A stretch of DNA of 57,986 bases from Desulfobacteraceae bacterium (GTDB lineage Bacteria > Desulfobacterota > Desulfobacteria > Desulfobacterales > JAABSP01): positions 1 through 57,986 of the forward strand of contig JAABSZ010000005.1 of the NCBI GenBank assembly GCA_011390135.1. The letters are read 5' to 3'. The position numbers were made by a program, and so were the translations under genes. Positions 10,648 to 19,651 of this stretch are shown in pieces. How positions within the stretch are numbered: the first letter of the stretch is position 1; every line of letters starts with the position of its first letter. The notes beneath the pieces were generated by a model. It saw only the letters and a list, made by a program, of their open reading frames with translations, made no database searches and had not been told where the DNA came from.

Positions 10648-11388
10648 ATGTCCGGACACAGCAAATGGTCCACTATCCGCCACAAAAAGGGGGCGGCAGA
10701 CGCAAAACGGGGGAAGATCTTTACCAAACTGATCAAGGAGATCACGGTCGCGGCCCGGATGGGCGGCGGAGACCTGAACTCCAATCCCCGCCTTCGAACC
10801 GCGGTGATCGCGTGCAAGGCCGAAAATATGCCCAAAGACAATATTGAACGGGCCATCAAAAAGGGAACCGGCGAACTCGAAGGCGTCAATTACGAGGAGA
10901 GTACCTATGAGGGGTATGGCCCCGGGGGCGCGGCCATCTTCCTGGAGTCTCTCACCGACAACAAGAACCGCGCGGTGGCCGATATCCGTCACATCTTCAA
11001 CAAGAATGGGGGCAACCTCGGCGAGAACGGGTGCGTCTCGTGGATGTTCGACAAAAAGGGGTATATCGCCATTGAAAAGTCGGCCGCGAGCGAAGAGGCC
11101 GTGATGGAGGCCGCACTGGAGGCTGGTGCGGAGGATATCCGGGAGGATGAGGAGATCTTTGAGGTTATCACCGCGCCGGAGGATTTCGAGACCGTGAAAG
11201 AGGCCATCGATGGGGCCGAAATCCCCTATACCGAAGCCGAAGTGACACTGCTGCCCCAGACCACCACCGATCTTTCCGGCAAAGAGGCCGAGCAGATGAT
11301 TCGGCTCATGGAGGCGCTGGAGGATTGTGAAGATGTCCAGAAGGTATACACCAACGCGGACATCCCGGAAGAATATGCAGCCGCATGA
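10648..11388 (+). CDS. yebC: YebC/PmpR-family DNA-binding transcriptional regulator
   Basis: [32 protein letters not shown].. is the near-invariant YebC N-terminus. AGGAGG RBS present. Confidence 0.92.
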   Translation: MSGHSKWSTIRHKKGAADAKRGKIFTKLIKEITVAARMGGGDLNSNPRLRTAVIACKAENMPKDNIERAIKKGTGELEGVNYEESTYEGYGPGGAAIFLESLTDNKNRAVADIRHIFNKNGGNLGENGCVSWMFDKKGYIAIEKSAASEEAVMEAALEAGAEDIREDEEIFEVITAPEDFETVKEAIDGAEIPYTEAEVTLLPQTTTDLSGKEAEQMIRLMEALEDCEDVQKVYTNADIPEEYAAA

Positions 11389-11420
11389 GGAGGAGCCGCC
11401 TTTAGAAGCGGGGCATCCAT

Positions 11421-11470
11421 CTGATTCGAACGGATTCGGGCGGATTCAGACGGATTTGAACTGATTCAAA
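11421..11470. repeat. Five tandem 10-bp units, cGGATTCnnn
   Basis: ctgattcgaa/cggattcggg/cggattcaga/cggatttgaa/ctgattcaaa, exactly 10-bp phased. It sits between the yebC stop and the terminator hairpin. Confidence 0.8.
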
Positions 11471-11507
11471 AACTCCGGCCCGGAGAAACCTGTGCCGGAG
11501 TTTTTTA
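11467..11507. terminator. Bidirectional intrinsic terminator between yebC (+) and nadA (-)
   Basis: A5-ACTCCGGC-(14-nt loop)-GCCGGAGT-T6: an 8-bp GC-rich stem flanked by an A-run and a T-run. Confidence 0.6.
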
Positions 11508-11545
11508 CGGCCCTTTTTGGGGAAAGCCGACGGGCAGCGGCAAAA

Positions 11546-12445
11546 TCAATCCCCGATCATCCGGCGCACCGCATCCAGAGCCGGAACCCGCACGGATTCG
11601 GGAACCTTCACCTCTCCGGAGAGGTTCTCAAGGCTGTTGGCCACATCCTCCAGGGTAATCTTTTTCATATCGGGGCAGATCATGGCAGAGGAGACCGGAT
11701 AGAAGATCTTGTCGGGCGCGGCCTTCCGGAGCGGATAGAGAATCCCGTTTTCCGTGCCGATGATAAAGGATTTCTCCTCAGCACTGGCCGCATGACGGAT
11801 CATGCCGGAGGTGCTCATGACCAGGTCCGCAAGTTCCAGCACTTCGGGCCGGCACTCGGGATGGGCCAGAAAGAGTGCGTCGGGATGGTCGGCCTTTGCC
11901 CGCTTCACCGCATCGGTACTGAGGCGGTCATGGATGGGGCAGTACCCCTCCCAGAAATGGATCTTCTTCTCCGTATGCCTGGCCGTGTACTTTGCCAGGT
12001 TCCGGTCAGGAGCCATTAGCACCTCATCCGCATCGAGCCGGTTGACCACCTCCACGGCATTGGCCGAGGTGCAGCAGACCGTAGAGAGGGCTTTGACCGC
12101 GGCCGGAGAATTGACATAGGTGACTACCGGCATGGGGCCCAGCCGGTCTAAGGCGGCCGTCAGTTTTTCAGGTGTGATCATATCGGCCATTGGGCATCCC
12201 GCATCCTTTTTCGGCAGAAGCACCACCTTCTCCGGAGAAAGGATGGACGCGGTCTCGGCCATGAAATGGACCCCGCAGAAGAGAATCACCTCGGCACGGG
12301 TCTCCGATGCTTTGATGCTCAACTCCAGAGAATCCCCGCAGAGATCTGCGATATCCTGGATCTCCGGGGGCTGGTAATTATGGGCAAGGATGACGGCCTT
12401 CCTTTTTTCGGCAAGTTCTTTGATCTTTTTCTGTAATACATCCAT
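11546..12445 (-). CDS. nadA: Quinolinate synthase NadA
   Basis: VILAHNYQPPEIQDIAD..GDSLELS..ILFCGVHFMAETA..C.M...HPECRPEV.., the NadA family motifs. Confidence 0.92.
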   Translation of the reverse strand: MDVLQKKIKELAEKRKAVILAHNYQPPEIQDIADLCGDSLELSIKASETRAEVILFCGVHFMAETASILSPEKVVLLPKKDAGCPMADMITPEKLTAALDRLGPMPVVTYVNSPAAVKALSTVCCTSANAVEVVNRLDADEVLMAPDRNLAKYTARHTEKKIHFWEGYCPIHDRLSTDAVKRAKADHPDALFLAHPECRPEVLELADLVMSTSGMIRHAASAEEKSFIIGTENGILYPLRKAAPDKIFYPVSSAMICPDMKKITLEDVANSLENLSGEVKVPESVRVPALDAVRRMIGD

Positions 12446-12504
12446 CTGATATCTTCTTTCTCATCTTTTTTGATCCCGCAAAAAAGAGCAGCGGCCCAAT
12501 GGAG

Positions 12505-13338
12505 CTATTCGTCGAGCTGCAGCAGATCTGCACCAGCGGGAATATCCAGCCGGAAAAGGGTGTCGTTTAAATCCTGGTGAAATTCGATCCGGCTGAAGAT
12601 GATCCGGGTTTCGTCTCCATAGGCATTGTAGGTGATGATCTCGGTAATATCGGCCTCCTTTTGAGAAACCAGCAGGAGGATGGAGGAGATATCGAACTTC
12701 TTCTCCCTGGGAATCAGATTGAGCCGGTAGAAATCCGGATCAGTCGAATCCTGAAGGTCAATATCGAACCTCTCCCGGATGACGCGGATATCCGATAGAA
12801 ATCCACCCCCTTTGCCCTCGCCGAAGTAGATGGCAGCATCTCCTACCATCACCTGATTGTCCAGGGGCCGATGCACCCAGAGGGTCTCTCCGTCCGTAAC
12901 GATCACCTGGGGCTCCGGGGAGTCATAGACCCATCGCATCTTCCCCGGAGGCTCCACCATAATCGTACCGTCGGCAGTATCGGTGATCTCCAAAGCCTCT
13001 ATGGTCGATTCCTGATCAAAATGGGCCGAAAATGGAGATTTTTGATATCGCTTCTCAATCCGATCCAGAATCACGTCCACAGAGGGGGGTTCTCTCTCGC
13101 CCATCTCTGCCGGAGCCGCTTCAGACTTTTCCGAAATATCGGATGGAAGCGGAAGCCCTTCATTCGCGGGCTTCTCCGATCCCGATCCAGGGGAATCTGT
13201 CGCAATTTCTTTTGCCGTTTCTATGGCAGGTTTTACCGCTTCCCTGACAGGTCCATTCCCTTCTTCCTGTGCCGGCACGCCAGCCTGCCCAATAAGCCAA
13301 AAGGCCAGGAAAAAGAGCATCCAATGCTTTATTTTCAT
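12505..13338 (-). CDS. lolA: Outer-membrane lipoprotein carrier LolA-like protein with extended low-complexity N-terminal region
   Basis: Signal peptide MKIKHWMLFFLAFWLIGQAG, then F..ESTIEALEITDTADGTIMVEPPGKMRWVY..PEPQVIVTDGETLWVH, the LolA fold pattern. Confidence 0.75.
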   Translation of the reverse strand: MKIKHWMLFFLAFWLIGQAGVPAQEEGNGPVREAVKPAIETAKEIATDSPGSGSEKPANEGLPLPSDISEKSEAAPAEMGEREPPSVDVILDRIEKRYQKSPFSAHFDQESTIEALEITDTADGTIMVEPPGKMRWVYDSPEPQVIVTDGETLWVHRPLDNQVMVGDAAIYFGEGKGGGFLSDIRVIRERFDIDLQDSTDPDFYRLNLIPREKKFDISSILLLVSQKEADITEIITYNAYGDETRIIFSRIEFHQDLNDTLFRLDIPAGADLLQLDE

Positions 13339-13356
13339 CTGGGATGTTCCTCTATG

Positions 13357-14769
13357 TTAAAAAGTGCGGATACCGAAGGCAACCAGCTTCCTGGGGAGGG
13401 TCTCGTCGAGGTTGTTGATCTCCTCTTCATAGAGTTCGATCATGTTGAGGCCGTACCTCCGGTAGATCTCTCTTCGGCTTTCCGCGAGGGAGGCCGCCTC
13501 CGGATTTCCGTAGTATTCGATATAGACATTTCCGTTGGGCAGATAAAAGGAAGAGAGCAGCTTCTCATCCACCGGAAGCCGTCTGCCATAAACATGGACA
13601 ATGCCGACCATATAGAGCCAGTTGTCCAAAAGAATCTCCTCCTTGGAACCGACCAGATGGCCATCTGCGGCCCGATACCGGGGCACAGAGGCCGGGACGG
13701 CCCGGCTTTCCGTATCGGTGGTGATCCGACGGCCACCTTCGTTGCGGGTCATCCGCCAGGTCCGCTCCCGTCCCTCCAGGCGAAAGACCTTGCCGTCGAT
13801 GGCCGATTTTTTTTCATGAAGAGAGGGGGCATCCAACGACTTCAATGACACCTTCTCCTTGCCATCCTCGCCGGTATTCCGGAACTCCCCTTCCAGAAAT
13901 CTTCCCTCTTTCCGGGTGCCGTCCGGATAGGTGATCGATCCGTATCCGTGAAACCGATCCGATTTGAACCCCCCCTCATACGCGGTTCCGTCCGGAAGAA
14001 AGAGACGGCCCCGGCCATTGTACTTGTCATCCTTGAAGGTTCCCTCATACCGGGTCCCGTCCGGATAGGTGATGATCCCGTGGCCATTGCACCGGTTTTC
14101 GGCAAACTGCCCCTCGTATCGGGTTCCATCGGGAAAGGTGAGGGTTCCCTGGCCGTTGGACCGGTTATCGGAAAACTGGCCGTCATATCGGAAGCCGCTC
14201 GGAAAGTTCATGGAGCCCTGGCCGTGCCGTTTGTCGCAAATAAACTGCCCTTCATACCGGGTTCCGTCCGGATAGACCATCCCACCCTGGCCGTGGAACT
14301 GGCCATTCCTGAAGCCGCCCTCATACCGGGTCCCGTCCGGATAGGTCAGGATGCCGTGGCCGTTGGATTTGTTGTCCGCGAACTGCCCCACATACCGGAA
14401 GCCGTTGGAGAAGGTCATCACCCCCTGGCCGTGTCGCCGGTTCTCCTTGAACCGTCCGATATACTTGGTCCCGCTGGGATAGGTCATGATCCCCTGACCG
14501 TGAAATCTTCCCTCCTTGAACTGCCCCTTGTACCGCCTTCCGTCCGGAAAGATGGCCATTCCATGTCCGTGAAGCTTATCGCCCTTGAATTGACCTCGAT
14601 ATTCAGTGCCCTCGGGCGTATGGCGGATCTCCTGGCTATGGAAGCCGAAATCCCTGAGCTGACCCGCAAAATTCTCCTCTTCCGTACCGTTTGAAGCGTT
14701 CGGCGCTTCTGAGCGAGCGATCTTTATCCGATTTTTGATATCCGTCCCTCTTTGAAATATGGATGTCAT
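13357..14769 (-). CDS. MORN-repeat protein (10 tandem repeats) with distinct C-terminal ~125-aa domain
   Basis: Ten consecutive 23-aa units of the form Y.G.F...(K/R).(H/N)G.G...(F/Y)P.G.. (e.g. YEGQFAENRCNGHGIITYPDGTR). GGGAGG RBS present. The C-terminal part (..HLVGSKEEILLDNWLY..FYLPNGNVYIEYYG..) is not MORN. Confidence 0.85.
   Translation of the reverse strand: MTSIFQRGTDIKNRIKIARSEAPNASNGTEEENFAGQLRDFGFHSQEIRHTPEGTEYRGQFKGDKLHGHGMAIFPDGRRYKGQFKEGRFHGQGIMTYPSGTKYIGRFKENRRHGQGVMTFSNGFRYVGQFADNKSNGHGILTYPDGTRYEGGFRNGQFHGQGGMVYPDGTRYEGQFICDKRHGQGSMNFPSGFRYDGQFSDNRSNGQGTLTFPDGTRYEGQFAENRCNGHGIITYPDGTRYEGTFKDDKYNGRGRLFLPDGTAYEGGFKSDRFHGYGSITYPDGTRKEGRFLEGEFRNTGEDGKEKVSLKSLDAPSLHEKKSAIDGKVFRLEGRERTWRMTRNEGGRRITTDTESRAVPASVPRYRAADGHLVGSKEEILLDNWLYMVGIVHVYGRRLPVDEKLLSSFYLPNGNVYIEYYGNPEAASLAESRREIYRRYGLNMIELYEEEINNLDETLPRKLVAFGIRTF
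13912..14601 (-). repeat. 69-bp periodic coding repeats (MORN units)
   Basis: A 10 x 23-codon periodicity is visible in the translation of 13357..14769. The repeat is coding, not a CRISPR or satellite. Confidence 0.85.
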
Positions 14770-14834
14770 GCCGCCTCCCGGGCAAAAGGGGTTACAGGAA
14801 CCTCTCTTTTTATTTCACATTGTGGCGGAATAAG

Positions 14835-15752
14835 TCAATAGGGGATGGAGCGGATCTCTTTGGCTGAGACCTCCATCCGCTCGACACCTTCTTGAGCCGG
14901 GATGAATTTGCGATAGATGGCCCAGGCCATATCATCGATCATCCCGATCTTTTGCCGGGTATCCGCGATATCGATATGCGGCATTCGCCCCCCCTGGAGG
15001 ATGAGGATCTCCATATTATATGCCTGCCGCTTCCGCTCGAAATCTTGTGCCCGGTTCAACAGATGGTTCAGATAATGCTTCCGCAGAACCAGTTCTTCAA
15101 AGATCGTCTCATCATCGGCATCCTGAGCAAGCTCTTGCAGAAAATCCAAAGAAAAAAGGATCGGCGCGGCATCCGCTTGGGTTGCCGGCGCGATGGCTGT
15201 GATCAGTCGGCAGAGAAAGGATAGACGGGATTCGGAAAAGAGGAGCCGGCTGTTGCGGATCTCCACCTTAAGAAAGGCTTTGATGAGTTCATCGGCATGT
15301 CCATCGATGGCCGCGATCAGCCGGGGATGGGGAGAATTTTGGATGTGGAGCCGGGGAACCATTGCGGCAGCGGCCGATCGATCCATCCGAAGGGAAAAGG
15401 TTCCCCCGTTTCCTCCGAAATCGATGCGAATGGAAGGCTCTCGCCGACCAATGGACTCGATGATCTCCGCCTCATCCGCCTCGGAAAAGCGGGCCTCGGC
15501 CAGAAAAGGCTCGATATGGATCTGCAAAGGGAGATCCGGGAAGAGGATCAACTCGATGAGCGAATCGACCTCGGCTCCTGCCTCTTCCTCTATGGTGGCA
15601 GATAGGATGGCAGATAATTCTTCGGCCGTTGAAACACCAAAGGTGGAATCGATATATTCGATCATCTCCGCATCGAGGATCAGCCCCTTTGCCAGATAGT
15701 CGCAGAGAAGGTCTGCAAACCTGCTGCAGAGATCAATTGGCTTTTTTTTCAT
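14835..15752 (-). CDS. Hypothetical protein (305 aa), translationally coupled to the upstream thioredoxin gene
   Basis: Long ORF whose ATG overlaps the trx stop as ATGA (15749..15752). I recognise no family. Confidence 0.65.
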   Translation of the reverse strand: MKKKPIDLCSRFADLLCDYLAKGLILDAEMIEYIDSTFGVSTAEELSAILSATIEEEAGAEVDSLIELILFPDLPLQIHIEPFLAEARFSEADEAEIIESIGRREPSIRIDFGGNGGTFSLRMDRSAAAAMVPRLHIQNSPHPRLIAAIDGHADELIKAFLKVEIRNSRLLFSESRLSFLCRLITAIAPATQADAAPILFSLDFLQELAQDADDETIFEELVLRKHYLNHLLNRAQDFERKRQAYNMEILILQGGRMPHIDIADTRQKIGMIDDMAWAIYRKFIPAQEGVERMEVSAKEIRSIPY

Positions 15753-16207
15753 CGATAGATATAGGGCCGCATCATCATCGCGATCTGTTCTTTCGGAATA
15801 GCGCCCGGCTGGGTGCGCTTCACCTGCCCCTTATCGAAGATCATCAGGGTCGGCACGCTCATCACCTGAAACCGGGAGGCCGTCATCTGATTCTTATCCA
15901 CATCGAGCTTTCCCACACGCACTTTTCCTTTCCATTCCGAAGCCAATTCTCCCATGGCCGGAATCACGGTCTTGCAGTTGGGGCACCAGGATGCCCAGAA
16001 GAGCAGCAGCACCGGCAGGGGGGATTTTATCACCTTCTCTTCAAAATCCCGGTCCGACACCATCAGAGGCCGACCGTTTTTGAGAACATCGGTCAGCACC
16101 TCAGAGCCGCACCGGCCGCATTTGGCCATCTGCCCCACCCGCGCCGTGGGAATCCGATTTTTTGTCCCGCAGATGGTACATCGCAAGAGATATCCGTCAC
16201 TGGCCAT
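15749..16207 (-). CDS. trxC: Thioredoxin-2-type thioredoxin (N-terminal CxxC..CxxC zinc finger plus Trx fold, active site WCPNC)
   Basis: CTICGTKNRIP..AKCGRCGS zinc finger followed by VLLLFWASWCPNCKTVIP..VPTLMIFDKG. GGAGGGG RBS present. Confidence 0.85.
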   Translation of the reverse strand: MASDGYLLRCTICGTKNRIPTARVGQMAKCGRCGSEVLTDVLKNGRPLMVSDRDFEEKVIKSPLPVLLLFWASWCPNCKTVIPAMGELASEWKGKVRVGKLDVDKNQMTASRFQVMSVPTLMIFDKGQVKRTQPGAIPKEQIAMMMRPYIYR

Positions 16208-16419
16208 ACATACCCCTCCATCTCAATTCCGTCTGTTGATCCTTCATTTCAGCAGAGAACCATTGAAGGTCAAGAGTGAACAATAGTCGCTTTTTTCCAA
16301 AGATTCAAGGCAGGAAGGCAAAAAAAACCGTCATGCCGGTTTTTTGGCACAACGGTTTTTTCTTTGCACTACAGGCCGGCCTTTTTTGATCCGGCATCGG
16401 AAAAAAAAGATGTTCGGCC

Positions 16420-16887
16420 TTATGTTTTTCGAAAAAAGGGACGCCGCACGGTTGCCTTCCGCGCTGGCTTATAGGGCGCTTTGCTCACCGGGTTTTTGGA
16501 AAAGAGGCTCGTTACAATTCGAAAGGCATCCGATGCAATGGCCGCATATCCGGCCAAGCCGCCTGTGGAGGAGCCTGAAGAGGAAACAATTTGCGTGAGG
16601 TTGTCCCCCAGGACACCCAGCATGGTCTCCACCTCCATGACGCTCGCCTTCAATCCAAGGCTCAGATCATTGATATTTTGGACCAGAATCGGAAGCAGCG
16701 CGATCCCTTCGGTGATGCTCTTCTCGTTCATATCCACCAGCATGTCGATGCGCTGGGTCAACATATTGAAATTTCTCAGGGTGATGATCAGATAGAGCGC
16801 TGCGGCCCCGATGAGCAGCACCACAATGAAGAGCGTGACAAAGAAAAAGAAAAGCCCGAGTTGGTATAATGAGACGGTGAATTCCAT
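16420..16887 (-). CDS. DUF948-like membrane protein
   Basis: Single N-terminal TM (LGLFFFFVTLFIVVLLIGAAALYLI) followed by a coiled region, like DUF948/YtxG-type proteins. I chose the start at MEFTV (16887) because the longer form overlaps the YtxH gene. Confidence 0.6.
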   Translation of the reverse strand: MEFTVSLYQLGLFFFFVTLFIVVLLIGAAALYLIITLRNFNMLTQRIDMLVDMNEKSITEGIALLPILVQNINDLSLGLKASVMEVETMLGVLGDNLTQIVSSSGSSTGGLAGYAAIASDAFRIVTSLFSKNPVSKAPYKPARKATVRRPFFRKT

Positions 16888-16891
16888 AACA

Positions 16892-17245
16892 TCAGCTTCG
16901 CCGGCTTCCGGTTCTCGAATCATCCCCCACATCCCGGACAGCGTCTGCGCATTTCTGCTTTGCATCCCAGATCTGCTCTCCTTTGTCTCGAGCGGTATCG
17001 ATCATCTGGAGCCTGGCCTCTTCGATCCGATTTTTGGCATCCTCAAAGCTGTCCCGGATGCGGTCGAATGCGCTTTCGGTTCTGCCGGCAATATCCTCGC
17101 GGGTCTTCTTTCCCGACTTGGGCGCAAAGAGCAATCCCACGGCAGCACCGATGGCAGCACCGATGGTCAGCCCCAATACAGCGTTCTTTGCAGCGTCTCT
17201 TCTTCGCTCTTCTCTGGCTCTTTCGGTCCATGATCTGAAAAACAT
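16892..17245 (-). CDS. YtxH-domain protein
   Basis: ..AVLGLTIGAAIGAAVGLLFAPKSGKKTREDI.. is the YtxH signature. GGAGG lies 5 nt upstream of the ATG at 17245. Confidence 0.8.
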   Translation of the reverse strand: MFFRSWTERAREERRRDAAKNAVLGLTIGAAIGAAVGLLFAPKSGKKTREDIAGRTESAFDRIRDSFEDAKNRIEEARLQMIDTARDKGEQIWDAKQKCADAVRDVGDDSRTGSRRS

Positions 17246-17520
17246 AAAACCTCCTCGATCCTCAGTAAGGTCATAATAAATGCCAAAATTCATTTTGATC
17301 AACATATCAACAGAATGGATGAATGTCTATAGGGGTTATGCTGTATTCTATCTGGATGAACACCCTATATCTCTTAAAAGCCGTTCATTTTTTCAAGGGA
17401 AAACCGATATTCCATGTAGACAAGCCGAAAAAATTCTGTTAAGGAAGCGATGGATTGAAACGGTAAAAGATTCGGGAGCAGCAACTTAATCGACAACACC
17501 AAACCCATCGAGGCCAGAGA

Positions 17521-18456
17521 ATGCAAGGAGAGCGGATCTTACTAGCTCGTAAGGAGCCCTTTTCCAGCAGAAAAAGCGGTTTATTTCATGATATCATTAT
17601 ATTTTGCATTGCCCTCTTTATTTTCATCTGGGGGTACAGCCTTTATGAGTACTGGCATCTTCAGGATGCGGTCGCGATCAAGGTAAAGCTGGAATCGGTC
17701 GTGGAAAACCAGCAGGATAAAATCTCCCTCCAGCAGCAGCGGATCAATAACCAGCAGAAATACCTCGAAGACTTTGCCGAACAGGTCAATTCCCTCAAAC
17801 TGAAGCTCATCGTTTTAAACCGAATGGAACAGGAGATCCGAAAGGTCTCCGAGTTCGTCAAAAACGAATCCCCCCAGTCCCTCGAAGGGATTGGCGGCTC
17901 CATCCCCCTCGATCTGGACGGCAGCATCGATCTGACCAAGGATCATCACCGGATCATCCGGGAGATCTACGACCAGATCGGCCAGCTCGACACCTCTCTT
18001 GCCGATCAGGAGGAGGGCTTCAAAGCCCTGCTGAATGCCTTGAACCGTCAGCGGGATCTTTTGAATGCCACCCCTTCCATCTCTCCTGTAACGGGCCGGG
18101 TCACCTCCACCTACGGCATGCGCACCTCTCCCTTCACCGGGGTGCGGGAGTTTCACGAGGGGTTCGATATCGCTACAGGCCAAGGTGCGCCGATCCGGGC
18201 CGCGGCCCACGGAAAGGTGGTCTTTGCCGCGTATGACGGCTCCTTCGGAAATGTGATCATCATCGACCACGGCTACGGAACCCGCACCCGATACGCGCAC
18301 ATCTCGAAATTCAAGAAGAAGCCGGGGGACCCGGTCAAAAAAGGAGAGATCATCGCGCTCGTGGGCAATACCGGCAGAAGCACGGGCCCCCATCTCCACT
18401 ATGAGGTCTCCGTCAACGGAAAGCGCGTCAATCCGAAAAAGTATATCGTTCACTGA
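17521..18456 (+). CDS. M23-family metallopeptidase (membrane anchor, coiled coil, LytM domain)
   Basis: FHEGFDIA..G.PI.A.A.G.V..A....FGN.IIIDHG.G..T.YAH...F..K.GD.V.KGE.I..VGNTGRSTGPHLHYEV, the complete M23 motif set. Confidence 0.9.
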   Translation: MQGERILLARKEPFSSRKSGLFHDIIIFCIALFIFIWGYSLYEYWHLQDAVAIKVKLESVVENQQDKISLQQQRINNQQKYLEDFAEQVNSLKLKLIVLNRMEQEIRKVSEFVKNESPQSLEGIGGSIPLDLDGSIDLTKDHHRIIREIYDQIGQLDTSLADQEEGFKALLNALNRQRDLLNATPSISPVTGRVTSTYGMRTSPFTGVREFHEGFDIATGQGAPIRAAAHGKVVFAAYDGSFGNVIIIDHGYGTRTRYAHISKFKKKPGDPVKKGEIIALVGNTGRSTGPHLHYEVSVNGKRVNPKKYIVH

Positions 18457-18471
18457 AGAAGGGAGAAAGAC

Positions 18472-18496
18472 GCGGGGCCGGGATGCCCGGCCCCGC
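18472..18496. terminator. GC-rich hairpin between convergent genes
   Basis: GCGGGGCCGGG-atg-CCCGGCCCCGC, an 11-bp perfect stem. There is no strong U-tract on either side, so its function as an intrinsic terminator is uncertain. Confidence 0.45.
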
Positions 18497-18555
18497 TCGG
18501 CGCCGCAGTAGGGTAAATCTCTTTTAAATCGGCCCCGCCCGATGGTAAACCCCTT

Positions 18556-19437
18556 TTAAAAATAGTAGTGGATGCCGATCCCGAGGCTTTCGATGTCCCG
18601 CTCGTAGAACTGCCCGTGAGGAGAGTTCCCGGTATAGTATTCGATCATGATCTGAAACCTGCCCCCGGCATCCCCTTCCTGCCCTTCGAACTGCAAGCCC
18701 CCCCGGATCGAGATATCCGAATCCCAGTCGTTCTCCTCCCACTTTTGGATATCTACCCCGATGAGGGGCCGGACATGGCCGCCAATCCAGGTCTGCGGGC
18801 TTCTCAACTCCAGGCCGTACTGGAGGGATGCCGGTTCCAGGTCATCGGGCTCATGGCGGATCAGGTATCCGCCGCCGCCGTACACCCGCAGCCATTTCCA
18901 AGGCTCATAGGAGAGCTTCAGATCGAGGGCCTCATAACTGAGATTGACCCGATCCACCCGGTTTCTCAGAAGATACTCATCTCCGAGATGGGAACTCTGA
19001 TGGAAGATCCGGAAGATGGTTGAAAAGCCGTCCCACCGGCAACTGAAGGGAAATCCGACCCAGTAGTCCGCATTGACCAGATCATTGGAGTCGGCATCGA
19101 GATTGAAGATGGCAAATACCCCGGCCTGGATGTTCAACTGCCACAGGCCGTTTAAAAAATTGTCTCCCCGAAAGATGCCGAAGGTCTCCCCGAAGCTCGT
19201 GGCCCCGACGCTCTCCAGTTCCTCGTCATCCATATAATATTGGTAGCTGGCCGAAAAATGGGGCCATCGGGGATCCGCTATCAGAGGGGAGAAGAGCCTT
19301 TTTCCCGGAATGACCGCGGACGGCTCCCCTCCCCTCCCTCTTTCAATCTCTTCGGTCTCCGCTCCGCTCGCTGCGGAAAATAACACCAGAAAAAACACCA
19401 ACATCCAGCATCCGCTCTTCAAGCTCAATCTCCTCAT
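18556..19437 (-). CDS. Outer-membrane beta-barrel protein, DUF1207-like
   Basis: Signal peptide, PLIADPRWPHF motif, alternating beta-strand pattern and C-terminal ..GIHYYF aromatic terminus. AGGAGAGAGG RBS present. Confidence 0.6.
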   Translation of the reverse strand: MRRLSLKSGCWMLVFFLVLFSAASGAETEEIERGRGGEPSAVIPGKRLFSPLIADPRWPHFSASYQYYMDDEELESVGATSFGETFGIFRGDNFLNGLWQLNIQAGVFAIFNLDADSNDLVNADYWVGFPFSCRWDGFSTIFRIFHQSSHLGDEYLLRNRVDRVNLSYEALDLKLSYEPWKWLRVYGGGGYLIRHEPDDLEPASLQYGLELRSPQTWIGGHVRPLIGVDIQKWEENDWDSDISIRGGLQFEGQEGDAGGRFQIMIEYYTGNSPHGQFYERDIESLGIGIHYYF

Positions 19438-19651
19438 AACCTCTCTCCTTTTTAAATATTTTTACGGTTCTGCCTTCACCTTCATCCTCTCTATTTTTAC
19501 GCCACTCGGCCCGGGAAAGCAAACATTTGCGGGATTCATCCGGTTTCGACACGCTTTCTTTTTCAGATAAAATATGTTTAAATAGGGGGAATGGCAGAGA
19601 AATGGAGAAATATCCACCAACACCATCCAAAAGGGAAGAAGGAGAGAAGCC

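Noticed and set aside
13912-14601. Regular 69-bp periodicity that could be mistaken for a repeat array or CRISPR-like locus.
   Set aside because: The periodicity is at the protein level (23-aa MORN units) within one long ORF. The units are divergent at the DNA level and there are no spacer-like unique segments.
17418-17429. 12-mer GACAAGCCGAAA shared with the ppiD promoter region (57806..57817).
   Set aside because: Hundreds of shared 12-mers are expected by chance in a 58-kb window counting both strands, and there is no additional flanking similarity.
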